Shown in pieces: positions 11,294 to 21,996 of a stretch of DNA of 64,000 nt. Origin of the DNA: Takakia lepidozioides (taxonomy: Eukaryota > Plantae > Bryophyta); contig CM060731.1 of assembly GCA_030704615.1 (NCBI GenBank), positions 62,434,001-62,498,000 on the forward strand, in the 5' to 3' direction. How positions within the stretch are numbered: the first letter of the stretch is position 1; every line of letters begins with the position of its first letter. The position numbers and the translations under genes are program-made. The notes under the pieces were generated by a model, which saw only the letters and a list, made by a program, of their open reading frames with translations, did no database searches and was not told the DNA's origin.

Positions 11294-13777
11294 CTATACC
11301 GTCTCGGTAGGCAGAGAGACCATGAAGGGGAGTGCACTCCGCACTCTACGTTGCTCAGCCATAGCCAAGCTGATAATCCAGGTCAAGCAATTGAGATCCA
11401 TTGCTTGCCCCAACACCTGACGCCGTGATGCCTCAGAAAGAGAAGGCACCGCCGTGGTCCCAGTGGAAAACCCCATAGCCCACTCTCGCTCGTCGGCATT
11501 AGGCTCCACTAACTGCTGCAACTGAGCATCCCACAGGAGGCCAGGTCCACCATCCCGAAAAGCATGGGATCCTGGGAAGCTGAGCACTGTAGGTAATGCT
11601 GCTCGTGGTTGACCCACCCTGTTGACCACTGCTAAAGGCAAACGGTCATCGTGTCTCACACGTTGAGACTGCCTTCCTGTGTCCAAAATGCCATCCACGG
11701 TGAGGTGTGCTGGCCGCTGCACCCCATCAAATGCACGCTTGAGTAGTGCGGGTGGCATCAAGTTAGTCCACCAAAGCCGTGGACGATGAGCCCGTGACCC
11801 CACTGCAGCTGCATCCAGCAACACTGCTGATCCAAGCCACGACCAGACTTGATGCACACTGGCCATCACCCGGACCCGAGAATCACCCATCAGTGGCACA
11901 TTCTCCAAGATGTATGCTGGAGATACAGCTTGATGAAGCTGCAAGTAGCGCAAAATCCGCACCATCTCCCAAAACAAACCCGTCCTCGAGTCTCGTAATC
12001 CATTGCCATGCCCGGCTGATGAATGCCCTTGGCAGGGCCAACCTGCCACTACCAGATCAATGGAGCCAACCTGCTCCAAATCCTGCGCCCCCAGCAAGGA
12101 AATGTCTGCTGGCAAGGCTTGTTGGTATCCACGAACTGCAGACACTGGCAACAAGTCAGGGTATTGCTGTACCAACTGAGCAACATGGCGCAGTGAGACG
12201 CGTCGTGCAGTCTCATCCCTCTCCACATACAGGTAACGTTGAACTCGTTCACCTGCCTGCAGCACTGCAGCCAATCCAGTGCTGATCCCGCCAAACAAGT
12301 CCAAAAGGCATATGCCTTTATCCGGGCACTGCCACACAAGAGGTGTGGTGTCCAATGGCGACAACTGGGGTGGTCCTGGTGCAATCACCGCACTCTCCTC
12401 CTCTCTTGACGGTACGAAAGCTTCTACCCAAGCTTGTTGCACCCGTCCATCAGCAGCCTTCTGCAAATCCTTGCTCGTACCCCACAATGGAGTGTGAGCA
12501 ACCATGGCAGGCAACTCCGCCATACCATGCATGTCATCCTGCTTTGCTGGAGGTGGCACATCCTTTGCATGGGCATTGCCCTCCAGCAATTCTCCAGGCC
12601 AACTAACTGCAGCTGTAAAGGCGGCTAGTGTTGGCATCTTGCCCCGCTGGGCAGCCACTATACCCCCAATGAATGTCACAGGGAGCTGTGCACGGCGATC
12701 ATCGCCTGACTGCCATCCAGGCCTGTAGGATGTTGACTCCTCCCAAAAGTCCAGGGTGAAGCCCATGAGATATAACACTGCCCCACCAACGAGGACATCG
12801 TAAGAGATCGCGTCTGTCACAATGGCCTTGGCTCGCATCACTGAGCCATCTCTAGGATGATCCGGCTGCAGTCTAATTGCCAATTGATGCCGTGTCATGC
12901 CCCGAGCCTGCTCTGACCCTCCCAGAGATGTCTGTATCTGGAAAGGACAAGGCTCCATATCCGCCTCCATGAGGCCCAAACCTGCAATAGCAGCTCTGCC
13001 CAACATCAGTGGCTGAGCTCCCGAGTCCAACAAGACCCGCAGTGGCCGGTACTTCTTGCCTACCGGTCCACTCAAAGTGAAAATGCCTCCCTGGTTGTCT
13101 AACAAGACAACTCCAGGTGTCACCATGGCGCGCTCAAAGGCTGGCCTAGCTGGCAGCTCCGTCAACCTGGCAGCTGCAGCTTGCCATGGCGCAGCCATGG
13201 CAGTCTTGACCCTCAAATCCGAGGATCCCTCTGCCACTATACCTTCCACTAACTCCGCAGAAGATGAAGTGACCTCCCCACTCTCACAGAGTGTTGCTGC
13301 TAGTCTGAACACTGCAGCTGGTCTTACCCCCGGCGTCGCAATCATGGTTGCTGAGAACACTGGGGCTTGATACACAGAGGTGGCTGCCCCCAATAACATA
13401 CTGGCTGCACTAGCCTTGGTAGCAGGTGTCAGTGCTGCACGTGTAGCTCTCCCCAATGGCATAGTAACCTTCGCCTCGGTAACAGTCGGGCGAGAACTAG
13501 GTGCCATGGATGGCGTCGACACAGTCTCCGCCAATGTGAATGACTGAGGAAGCCTCGCCTGACAGCATGCCTCCCCACGCTGTGGATCCAATTCCACCTC
13601 TGCACCTCGTGGCTCAGGAACTCGTGCTGCTCCTCGAGTCATGGCTGCAGCAGACTCCACCTGCACTAGTGGTAGTGCTGCTCCGCACATGAATCCCATG
13701 CCTCCCATATCTCCTCCCTCAGGCGTAGGAGGTGGACCATCCCGCCTGGGAGCTGGTACCGCCTGAGCTGTAGCCAT
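11294..13777 (-). CDS. Uninterrupted 827 aa protease + C5-cytosine methyltransferase segment of the copy B polyprotein (DNMT domain ~11376-12313)
   Basis: Aspartic protease VLLDSGAQ...YDVLVG. C5-MTase motifs I (LLDLFGGISTG), II (YVERD), III (ADI), IV (GWPCQ, catalytic Cys at 12032-12034), V (DSRTGLFWE), VI (ENV), VIII (AHRPRLWW), IX (EREWAMGF), X (LGQAM). Confidence 0.92.
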   Translation of the reverse strand: MATAQAVPAPRRDGPPPTPEGGDMGGMGFMCGAALPLVQVESAAAMTRGAARVPEPRGAEVELDPQRGEACCQARLPQSFTLAETVSTPSMAPSSRPTVTEAKVTMPLGRATRAALTPATKASAASMLLGAATSVYQAPVFSATMIATPGVRPAAVFRLAATLCESGEVTSSSAELVEGIVAEGSSDLRVKTAMAAPWQAAAARLTELPARPAFERAMVTPGVVLLDNQGGIFTLSGPVGKKYRPLRVLLDSGAQPLMLGRAAIAGLGLMEADMEPCPFQIQTSLGGSEQARGMTRHQLAIRLQPDHPRDGSVMRAKAIVTDAISYDVLVGGAVLYLMGFTLDFWEESTSYRPGWQSGDDRRAQLPVTFIGGIVAAQRGKMPTLAAFTAAVSWPGELLEGNAHAKDVPPPAKQDDMHGMAELPAMVAHTPLWGTSKDLQKAADGRVQQAWVEAFVPSREEESAVIAPGPPQLSPLDTTPLVWQCPDKGICLLDLFGGISTGLAAVLQAGERVQRYLYVERDETARRVSLRHVAQLVQQYPDLLPVSAVRGYQQALPADISLLGAQDLEQVGSIDLVVAGWPCQGHSSAGHGNGLRDSRTGLFWEMVRILRYLQLHQAVSPAYILENVPLMGDSRVRVMASVHQVWSWLGSAVLLDAAAVGSRAHRPRLWWTNLMPPALLKRAFDGVQRPAHLTVDGILDTGRQSQRVRHDDRLPLAVVNRVGQPRAALPTVLSFPGSHAFRDGGPGLLWDAQLQQLVEPNADEREWAMGFSTGTTAVPSLSEASRRQVLGQAMDLNCLTWIISLAMAEQRRVRSALPFMVSLPTETV

Positions 13778-13792
13778 GGCAGCGAGCCTCTA

Positions 13793-15085
13793 CTCTAGCT
13801 GCTGAAGCCGGTTGGCCATGCCTTGGTCAACACCCTGACCTCCGCGTCCTTGGCCATGTTGAGCTTGCCCTTGGCCTGCACCTCGTGCCCGACCACCTTG
13901 TCCTCTCTAGGCTGGTCCACCTCGCCCCTGGCCACCATTGTTCCCTTGGAACTGGCTTGGGCGCAACTCAGGATGCAAGTCATAACACTGGGCATCTCCA
14001 TGCCCATACTTGCCACAATGCCCACACTGCAACTGTGCAGGCTGTGCTTGTGCCGGCCTTTTGCCACTCTCTGGGCAATCTCTCTTGACATGGGGTCCTC
14101 CACATGTCCAACATATCACCCCTGGTTGCTGTTGGCCTGCAAAAGATGCCACGGGCCTCTACACCTGAGGTCCCCTGTAAGCTCCATGGAACTTGGGTTG
14201 GGAAACCTTGCCCCCCTGACCACGCTGTTGGGCAGTCCCTTGTGCCTGTGGGCTGGCAGCTGCGTCTCGTGCAGGCATGTCTTTGCCAAATCCAATGGTA
14301 ACAACTCGCTCCTCCACTATGTTGAGCTCAATCCGCTCAGCCAGCAGAAACACATCTGCTAATGTGGGTTGGGCTGCTTGTAACAGGGTTGCATCCCGCA
14401 CCCTTCTCCTGAGCTCCTTGTCCAAAATTCCATACCAGAACTGGATTGCCTGAGCTTTAGTAACCCCTTGGGTCACACTTATCAAGCGCCTCATACGAGT
14501 GTACGCCTCTCGCAGGCTCTCATTGGGTTTGCGCTGGAAGTCTTGCAAACTTCGCAGCTTCTCTGTCCGTACACCTTGGTAGTTCCTCCGCAACTCCTGG
14601 AAGAACTCCACCACCGGGTTGAATCTAGGCACATGTGTTGTAGTTGTGGCAGGAGGAGTAGTAGCACCTTTTGAACTGGTACCACCTGCAGAAGTACCGG
14701 CACTACTTGTTCCACTACTAGTGCTGGCAGTGGGAGATATTGGTACTGATGCAGCTACTGATCGCGTCGTGCCTCGAGTAATGGAGACATAGTCAGGTGA
14801 CCAATACATCCTCCACTCCTCAATCTCTGCTTCATGTCCTCGCCCGAACTCGTGGTAATCGTCCATAGGCGGGCCTTCCAAATGCTGGAACAGTCCCTTC
14901 CACGCCATGAATGGGGTGAATAGCTGTGGATTGCGCATCTGCTGCAAATCACACCAGCTGTCGAACTCCTGGATAAAGTCATCCAACTTGATTGTGCCCA
15001 CAGCTCCAGAGTACCTACGAGGCCCCTTGGTAGCTCCATACATTTCCTCCATGTCGTCCCACAACAATGGCGAATGAAACTGCAC
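13793..15085 (-). pseudogene. gag: gag of copy B (capsid-like region plus two CCHC zinc knuckles); frameshift near 14155 and stop at 13907
   Basis: LDDFIQEFDSWC capsid-like block; CWTCGGPHVKRDC and CGHCGKYGHGDAQC; RGG-rich tail. Confidence 0.85.
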
Positions 15086-15787
15086 ACCTGTTGATGAAGC
15101 CTCCGAGTCTGTGTCTGACTCTGCACTAGTTGAGGATGGAGGTGAAGGTGGTCTGAAACGAACACCTCATCTGGTGAAACCACTCTCACTGCTACTGCCT
15201 GTAGCCGTACTCCCTTCAGAACCCCTGGGTAACTTCGTGATGACACTCACAATGTGCACCTCTCCCACGTGACACTATAAGGCTCTATTACTAATTCTAA
15301 TAGTGACACGGGTAGGCACCTGTTGCAGTTTAAGGGTCATATCCCAGTGGCTCAGGGCACCTGCACCTGCATCCACCGCAAGAACTCCTATGGTTGGCTG
15401 GTCATCAACCCAGTCTCACCATAGAAGAAACACTGGTGGTCTTGCTGGTCATCACTCCAGCCTCACCACCGACGGCATACTCTAGGATTGACCGGTGATC
15501 AAATCCGGCCTAATCCCTATGAAAGCAAGTGCCCACACAAAACCAACATGGCCCACAGTCAAGCATGCAGGTGTTGGGGGGGATCCAAACACAAGAAATC
15601 AAAACATCAACACCCCCACACCAAAATCCATCTGCAGTGCTGACCTGCAGAATATCCCAGCCCAAAACCCTGGACTGACTGGCCTCCACCAAGAGAGGCT
15701 TTGGCAACCACAAGTACAAGGTAATGAAAATAGTACATAGATGGAGGGGAAGAATAGAAGCTCGACCCAACAAGATCTAATCCTGAT

Positions 15788-16594
15788 CTATGCTATCAAC
15801 TGCCAGACTTCTCTCAAAGTGCCTCGCTCTGCATGATAGTAAGGTGTAGGAGGTATATCTATGTCCAGAAACCTGCCACTAACCTTGTCCCAAGCTACAG
15901 TAGCTCGCTCTAACCAACCCTCCTCCTCTTTCTGCCAGGTAGAGACAAAGCAACACTTTGCTATCTCCCGCTCACTGAACACCAAAGAAAACAAAGGTAG
16001 GGTCTGATAGTCTCTCAACTCGAAAGCTTTGAGACGGTTGCGGGTGTCCTCATTGCGAATGACTGCATCTCCTTCAAACAGAACAAACTTGTCTTTGCTA
16101 ATGAACCCCCGCTCGTGGTTGCCTTGTGCAAAGCGTGTCCGGCTGCAACGCTGTCTGATTGCACAAACTTGTGTAGCTCCTGCTCCTCTACTCCAGTACA
16201 CCACGGCCTTGTGGCTGAACACCTTGGTCCCCGGGGCTGTCTTTGGCTGTGTTCCAAGCCTAGTTTTCACCCACTTTGATATTTTACCTACAGCTGCAGA
16301 ACTGCTGGCTCCAACAGAGTTCTGACTGTCCAAAGCGATATTGAGGCCCTCAACGCCAACTACAGCAGACTGTTGTCTACTGCTAGTGCCTGACTCCCAG
16401 TATGCAATCAACTCGTCCAACTGTTCTCCAATCAAATCACTTTGAGTTCCTTGGGAAACATAAATCTTGTCCCCTTGTGTGCACAGGCTAAGAGACGAGA
16501 CCTGCCCTTCAATTACGTCCTCATTTCCCCCAGCCATACAAGGAGGACATCCACAGATTTGTCTCTCATATAGACCAGAACAAGTTCTGAACAC
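15788..16594 (-). CDS. Unknown ORF (268 codons) upstream of gag, same strand; possible extra ORF of the retroelement
   Basis: Long open frame with protein-like composition between the putative LTR and gag; no recognisable domain. Confidence 0.4.
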   Translation of the reverse strand: MFRTCSGLYERQICGCPPCMAGGNEDVIEGQVSSLSLCTQGDKIYVSQGTQSDLIGEQLDELIAYWESGTSSRQQSAVVGVEGLNIALDSQNSVGASSSAAVGKISKWVKTRLGTQPKTAPGTKVFSHKAVVYWSRGAGATQVCAIRQRCSRTRFAQGNHERGFISKDKFVLFEGDAVIRNEDTRNRLKAFELRDYQTLPLFSLVFSEREIAKCCFVSTWQKEEEGWLERATVAWDKVSGRFLDIDIPPTPYYHAERGTLREVWQLIA

Positions 16595-17568
16595 AGAATT
16601 GTGGACCTTTCATAGCACACTCACACTCTAAAAATTCCATAGATTTTTAGCAGAGTCCCAAAAACAAAAACCAGGTCTAGATAGGTAGATATCCCCTTTC
16701 TGCAACTATCCCCCCAAAAACTGGGTCAAACAGAGTCCATTTGACAAAGATATGACCAACCAGGCTCTTTATACATTTAAATTAGATCAAAAAGGCTTTT
16801 ATTTTTATTTTTAACACCAAAACATTCTCACCATTAAAAATTGTTCCCAGGTTATCTACGGGTTCCGAACAGGTAGTTCTATGCTGTTTTGGGGTCGCCT
16901 CGCCATTACCATGGAGCAGCTCGATTTGTTAAACTCCAATCGGCTTCTCCTCCATGATGGACCGCGTTGCCGCTTCGTCATCCCTCAGCTGCATTTGTTC
17001 AGTTATCCGTCCCATGTACTTATCACTGCTGACTCTCAGGTCGTTTCCTGTAAGTTCTAGCTCGCATGGAGGGAGATTGGTGGCAGCCTGCACTTCAACT
17101 CGATTGCCAGACCATGTCTTGAGGTCTCTGTTACACTCTCCACCCTTTCTTCCACTGATTACTTTGATGCTTGATTTCAATGATTGATCACGCATCCAAT
17201 CCGTCCGTTGCTCTATGACCAGTATGGGGCCGACTGCTCTTGTTTCCTCCTGAATCGCTCATATATCTCCGAAACTCACACTTAATCCACTCTCAGCCTT
17301 GATCTGTTGATGTGACCTTTTGTGTGTCGTATCTGTAGGTCATTTGTTCCTCCAAAAATCGTGCAGTTGAGTAATCTGTGTGATCTGCAACTGGTCTGAT
17401 TTCCACACACTTGGAGCATTGGCCAATTAGAGCATGACGAGTTCCTTCAGCCCTTCTTCCCTGCTACAAGACCTGACGGGCGAGAAGGTCAGCTCCTATC
17501 ACCTTATCAATTACCCAAGGGTACCAAAGTGGGCCCAGTATCTGGCCTCTCTGTAACGCCACATCACA

Positions 17569-17858
17569 TAGTCATCAGGCAGTTCCCTGGCCCGGGCTCG
17601 GAGCTCCGTTACCTCATCAAAGAAACTTTCCGATGAAGCTTCAGGAAGGAAGTCCTGGGGTTGCCAGCACTTGTCTACGGGCTTCAAAAGGGGTAGCAAA
17701 TTCTCTTGCGCCCAGTTGTCCAAGGAACCGATAACCTTCAATTTCTCAATGGGGATCTCTCGAGCACTTTCTTTGTTCCACTCCTGGTAGGGTGTGAGAA
17801 CTTTGTGAGGTCCAGGGTTCACAGCTAGATTTGTCTTCCTGTGACAACGTAAGGCCAT
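17569..17858 (-). pseudogene. SAD: Stearoyl/acyl-ACP desaturase, 5' fragment cut by the retrotransposon
   Basis: SLDNWAQENLLPLLKPVDKCWQPQDFLPE...ELRARARELPDDY is the conserved SAD N-terminal core. Homology ends abruptly at PDDY, where TGTGATG begins. Confidence 0.88.
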
Positions 17859-20384
17859 GGTGCACTATGATAGACATAATGAGCATGATGGGACTGAGGC
17901 AATATAACTCGAAGTTAGCTAGAATAACTCCCTACTAGTAGAAACACCACCAGCGTGAATAACTCGGCATAAGGGCCCCGCAACACTGCTCACAGGCACG
18001 TACCCGCTTGAACCTAGCTTGTGTGTTAAGTTTCAATTCTGCCAGCGTCTCCACAAGGGACATGCACAACCCCAGGAAGTTAAAACGACGACTCTACTAC
18101 CTTTGCACTTTCCTGAACCGTTTCCCGTTGAGGCTCCTCTGGTTAGAGTCCAAGAGCCTCAATCCCAACGGAAGCAGCAGTTTGAAGCCAGATTTGCATC
18201 AGCGACCAACCATGCAGCGCAGTTTACCTTCGCAAAGGCTGAGAGATCCACTTACACCCCCCGGTTATCCTCCCAACGGATGCTTTCCTGACTATGATTG
18301 TAAGTGTCATCACGGTCAATGTCTTCCGACAGAATATGATCGAACCGAGAGCTAGACGGTAGTATTGGCAGACCACGGGACGAGTTCGAAATCATGAACG
18401 TGTACAAGCCAGGCCCTGCAAGAATCCCAGCATATACACGCAGTGGTGTAACAAGCCCCCTCACACAGGTGCTAGGCAGGCTGGTGAGGTTCAAGCCACA
18501 CACAAATAGCCTGAACGGCTCAGCACCCACTGCCAACGAAACTCTGGAGCGCCTCCAAGTCGCCAATATAAATCAAGCCCAGCCAGCCCAAACGGGGGAT
18601 TCCGACCAATGGTCTTTCTCGCGTTGCAGCACGAGTGCCCTCATAAACTGAGCACGGCAGGCCTCCTTGTCTCCTAGGCTGATTATTGTTGGCTTTGAAC
18701 TGTTGCAGCAACACTTCAAATGGTCTCCGCCTTCCTGTACAGCTCCACTCGGCACACAGCCAATCTGACTGCAGGCTCCCTGTGAGCTTAAGGTTGTGGG
18801 TTCAAACCACCGTCTGGTGTGTCATGAAGGTGTCCACCTTTCAGTTGGAAGGCAATAGCCCTTCAGGGTCAAGAGACACCATAAGTTACACTTCCATAGG
18901 GAGGCGTCTCATATATATATATATATATATGTTTGGCTCTGTCCCGTAAGGGATAGAGCCATTGTGGAGACTTCTTGCCTAGACGAAGCTAGGTAGAGAA
19001 CGGAGAACTAGTGTGGTGTGAAAAAAAAGGGCAAAACATTTCCCCACGACATTCACTTCAAGTCACCAGAGTACCATTCCGTCCCACCCATGCCGCAGCG
19101 GGAGAGAAGACATAGGTAGGACACACATCCGTCACAAATAAACAACTGCCTTGCATGTGATCTCGCATACTGCAAACACCCAGCATAGCTTTCACAGATT
19201 CCCCCTTGAAAGGTGGGCCTTGCCCGTGAAGAGCCGTCACCCTCTTGTGTTCATGGCACCCCGTCAGACAGCCTAATCGAACTACCCGAGCCTACCCGGC
19301 ATCCGCTCATTTTCTCTCACTCCCTCTCATCTTTTACCTCTCGAGTCCAAGGGTCATAGATCCAAATACACTCGTGAGTTACACACAAGCTACGGGTTCG
19401 ACTGATCTTCTGGAAACAAACAAACGACAATGCTGCCACTGTACAGATGCACCCTAATATTCTATCTATGCAATGTGGAGTCTCCACACTAGGCGGTTTG
19501 AGTGATGCACTACATACATGCCCTGATTTCCCAGCTATTGCACCCACACCCTTTACATGCTCAAACTGACCAGAGCTGCAATCAGACTTCCCTCATGGCA
19601 ACAATGCAGGAACGAATGCATCATGCAAGTGCGATTCCAGACACAAAAACGAAGCAATGACCCAATCAGTCGATTTTTACTTCTTCATCATCATAGTCCT
19701 TCCTCTACACAAAAATACCGAGCCTGGAGCTTAAAGCACAAGCCTCTCGTTCACGTCACCATCACCACCTCCACTTCACCACCTCCACTTCACTACCTCA
19801 CTACCATCTCCGAAAAGCAAGAAGAAGCACTATATCCAGCTAACCAAAAGAAGAAGAATCTTCTCACAAAAACTTCCTTAAAATCCAAACCCCACTTGCC
19901 TGTGTAATTACTACACCCGCAGCTCCTATAGTCGACAACATCAACTAGCTCTGGCTGGAAACTAACTCAGCCGTCATAGCGGATACTGACTAAGGAACAG
20001 GAAAGTAAATCACAGCCAAAAACTAAGGCACACTGGCTGATGCTGCCAACACCAACATAGAAAACAGTAGAACTACACCGCTGCAATGGACGGAATCCCC
20101 AAAATTATGTATCCACAAGTCAATGGATTATTGTCTACCAATCACAGAGCTTCAAGAAATTACAAACCAAATCTATACACAAAAGAGTTGGGATGGCAGC
20201 AAAATTTAGTACAAACATGACTGGGCTAGCCATGAGAAACGATTGAAAAGAAGCCAACTTTTCTAAATTCTCACCCCCATTCTGCTCTCTGGCTCTAATA
20301 TGTATGCATTTGAAATGCCAACCGTCCACTCAAACCAATAGCCCCCATGGAGTATTCACTCTGGCTGCTTCATGTTTAATTCAA

Positions 20385-20998
20385 CACTCGCACGCGGATG
20401 ATTTTTGATGCCTTCCTGCGCTCACATGTGTCTGGAAGGTAGCTGCAACCAGACGAATCACGAACATGTGATCTGTTTTTTTTTGGAACAATTAGCTTTT
20501 CAACAGTAGTTAGGTTGGAATGCCAAGTGACCAGTGTCAAATTCAACAAATTAAAGACAAACTCTATAAGCTGAGGCAACAATCCAGATACTTACATATT
20601 CTCCTCCTCGCTCTCATTCTTCAAGGCGTTCTTGGCTATGCACTGAATGCTGTATCAACATTGCAATCCTCTTTTGCAGAGGTTTCAAAATAGGGTATGT
20701 TCCCTTTAGAAGCACACCAGGCCTTAGCCTTCTTTTCACTAACCTGCAAAACTCTGATCCAGGTCCTATTAATCGAAACAAACAAGAGTACTCGCAGAGA
20801 AGGCCTCAGCGAGAAAACTAGAAGAAGAATCATAGAGCAATCAGAAGGAACAACATCAGCAGTCAACTGCTAGACACTGAAAATTCCTAACATCTCCCAA
20901 GCGTCGCACGCACTAATTTGCTATTCCCACTGTCCTCATCAACTTTGTTGCCAAGCACCACAAACGGAAAATTCTCGGTCAGGATCTGACGGGCTTGC
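20385..20998 (-). pseudogene. RABG3: Rab7/RabG3 GTPase pseudogene, 3' exons (20914-20998, 20596-20743, ~20385-20442)
   Basis: [56 protein letters not shown] with GT-AG introns. 4 nt insertion and 1 nt deletion cause frameshifts. Confidence 0.88.
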
Positions 20999-21996
20999 CT
21001 GCACAGAGTCAACAACCAGAAGTAACAATTGGTCAACATTATTAAAGTGTGCCAAAGGAGCAATGGTATGCAGGGGACAGTTTGACGGAGTGGGTGAGCC
21101 ATGGTCCACATTTGCTTGGGCAAGTAGGCCGCCACAGCTTCGATAGCGCCTCACATTATCGCTTTTGGGGGACCGCTCCAGGATTTACACGTCTTTCCCT
21201 GGGACTCAAATAACGTGACCTTAGTCTACCGGGCCACCATCTTCTACATTTTTGACCAAGCAAAACAAAAGCTACTGGAGTGCCAGACATTAGTTAGCTG
21301 GACGTGAGCTGACGTTGTTACTTCAATCCAGTTATTTTGCTGCGCAAGCAAATCTCCCGCCATGTGAGTCCCCGCTATGTATGTCAGGATCAGGGCTGTC
21401 TTTACCGTACAAGAGTCGCACTGATGCGCGCATTCTGTATATTGCCACTCCTCCTCCACCCATTCCAAGCACAACAGCTGCTGCATGCCTGTGGCTTGAG
21501 TAGGAAGTGCTCCTGTAGTTTCGGCAGTCTGTCTTGTTCAAAGCATATTGTGATCTCTGCTGTAGTCATGCTTCCACTATCCATCTGTCGCTCATCCACA
21601 GTGGCGAGGGCGCTGGCTTGCTTATGACGGCCTTAGTGGCCAGCAGAGATTGGGGATATCCGAGACCAGCTGGGAGTCGGCATTAGAGTCTTTGTCGAGT
21701 TGTGGACTCGCCCACTCGTCTCTCTAGTCTTGATCAAAGGTAAGATTTTGTAAGCGTCATGGATAGTTGCAGCCAGTATAATTGTAGAAGAGACAAGTTC
21801 ACTGAAAGACAATGAACATGTGACTGTACTAGTTAGCACTACATGCATGTCATAGCCTTGATTCCAAAAAACGCAGCGTCACTTTCCGCCCTAGTGATGC
21901 TGTGAAGGTTGAGGGGCATGTGTTTCCGGAGTGTGCCAACGTTGAACCTCCCAAACCAAGTCCTGTCTTCCAGGGTCGTCCAAATAATGCCTAGCA

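Larger units (their letters stand above)
8273..17568 (-). mobile_element. Ty3/Gypsy copy B: putative 5' LTR, extra ORF, gag, PR, DNMT, RT, RH, INT, PHD remnant; 3' end lost
   Basis: Gypsy domain order PR-RT-RH-INT. ORFs 14159..15085 and 13907..14152 (gag), 11294..13777 (PR+DNMT), 10391..10951 and 9657..10406 (RT/RH), 8331..9626 (INT). The outer boundary (TG at ~17568) is inferred from the point where the SAD gene is cut; whether 15720-17568 belongs to this element is less certain. Confidence 0.85.

Noticed and set aside
11376-12313. Bacterial restriction-modification MTase or contamination, or a host DNMT3 gene
   Set aside because: In frame within the retroelement polyprotein in two copies, intronless, decayed like the rest of the element and contiguous with plant genes
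2094-14674. Many short antisense or alternative-frame ORFs over the retroelements
   Set aside because: Shadows of gag/pol coding sequence with no independent motifs
17210-17226. Primer-binding site (minus strand TGGTCATAGAGC resembling Met-i TGGTATCAGAGC)
   Set aside because: Three mismatches and no second LTR to fix the boundary, so it cannot be supported
18008-19907. Cluster of 60-116 aa ORFs upstream of SAD
   Set aside because: No recognisable domain or consistent exon structure
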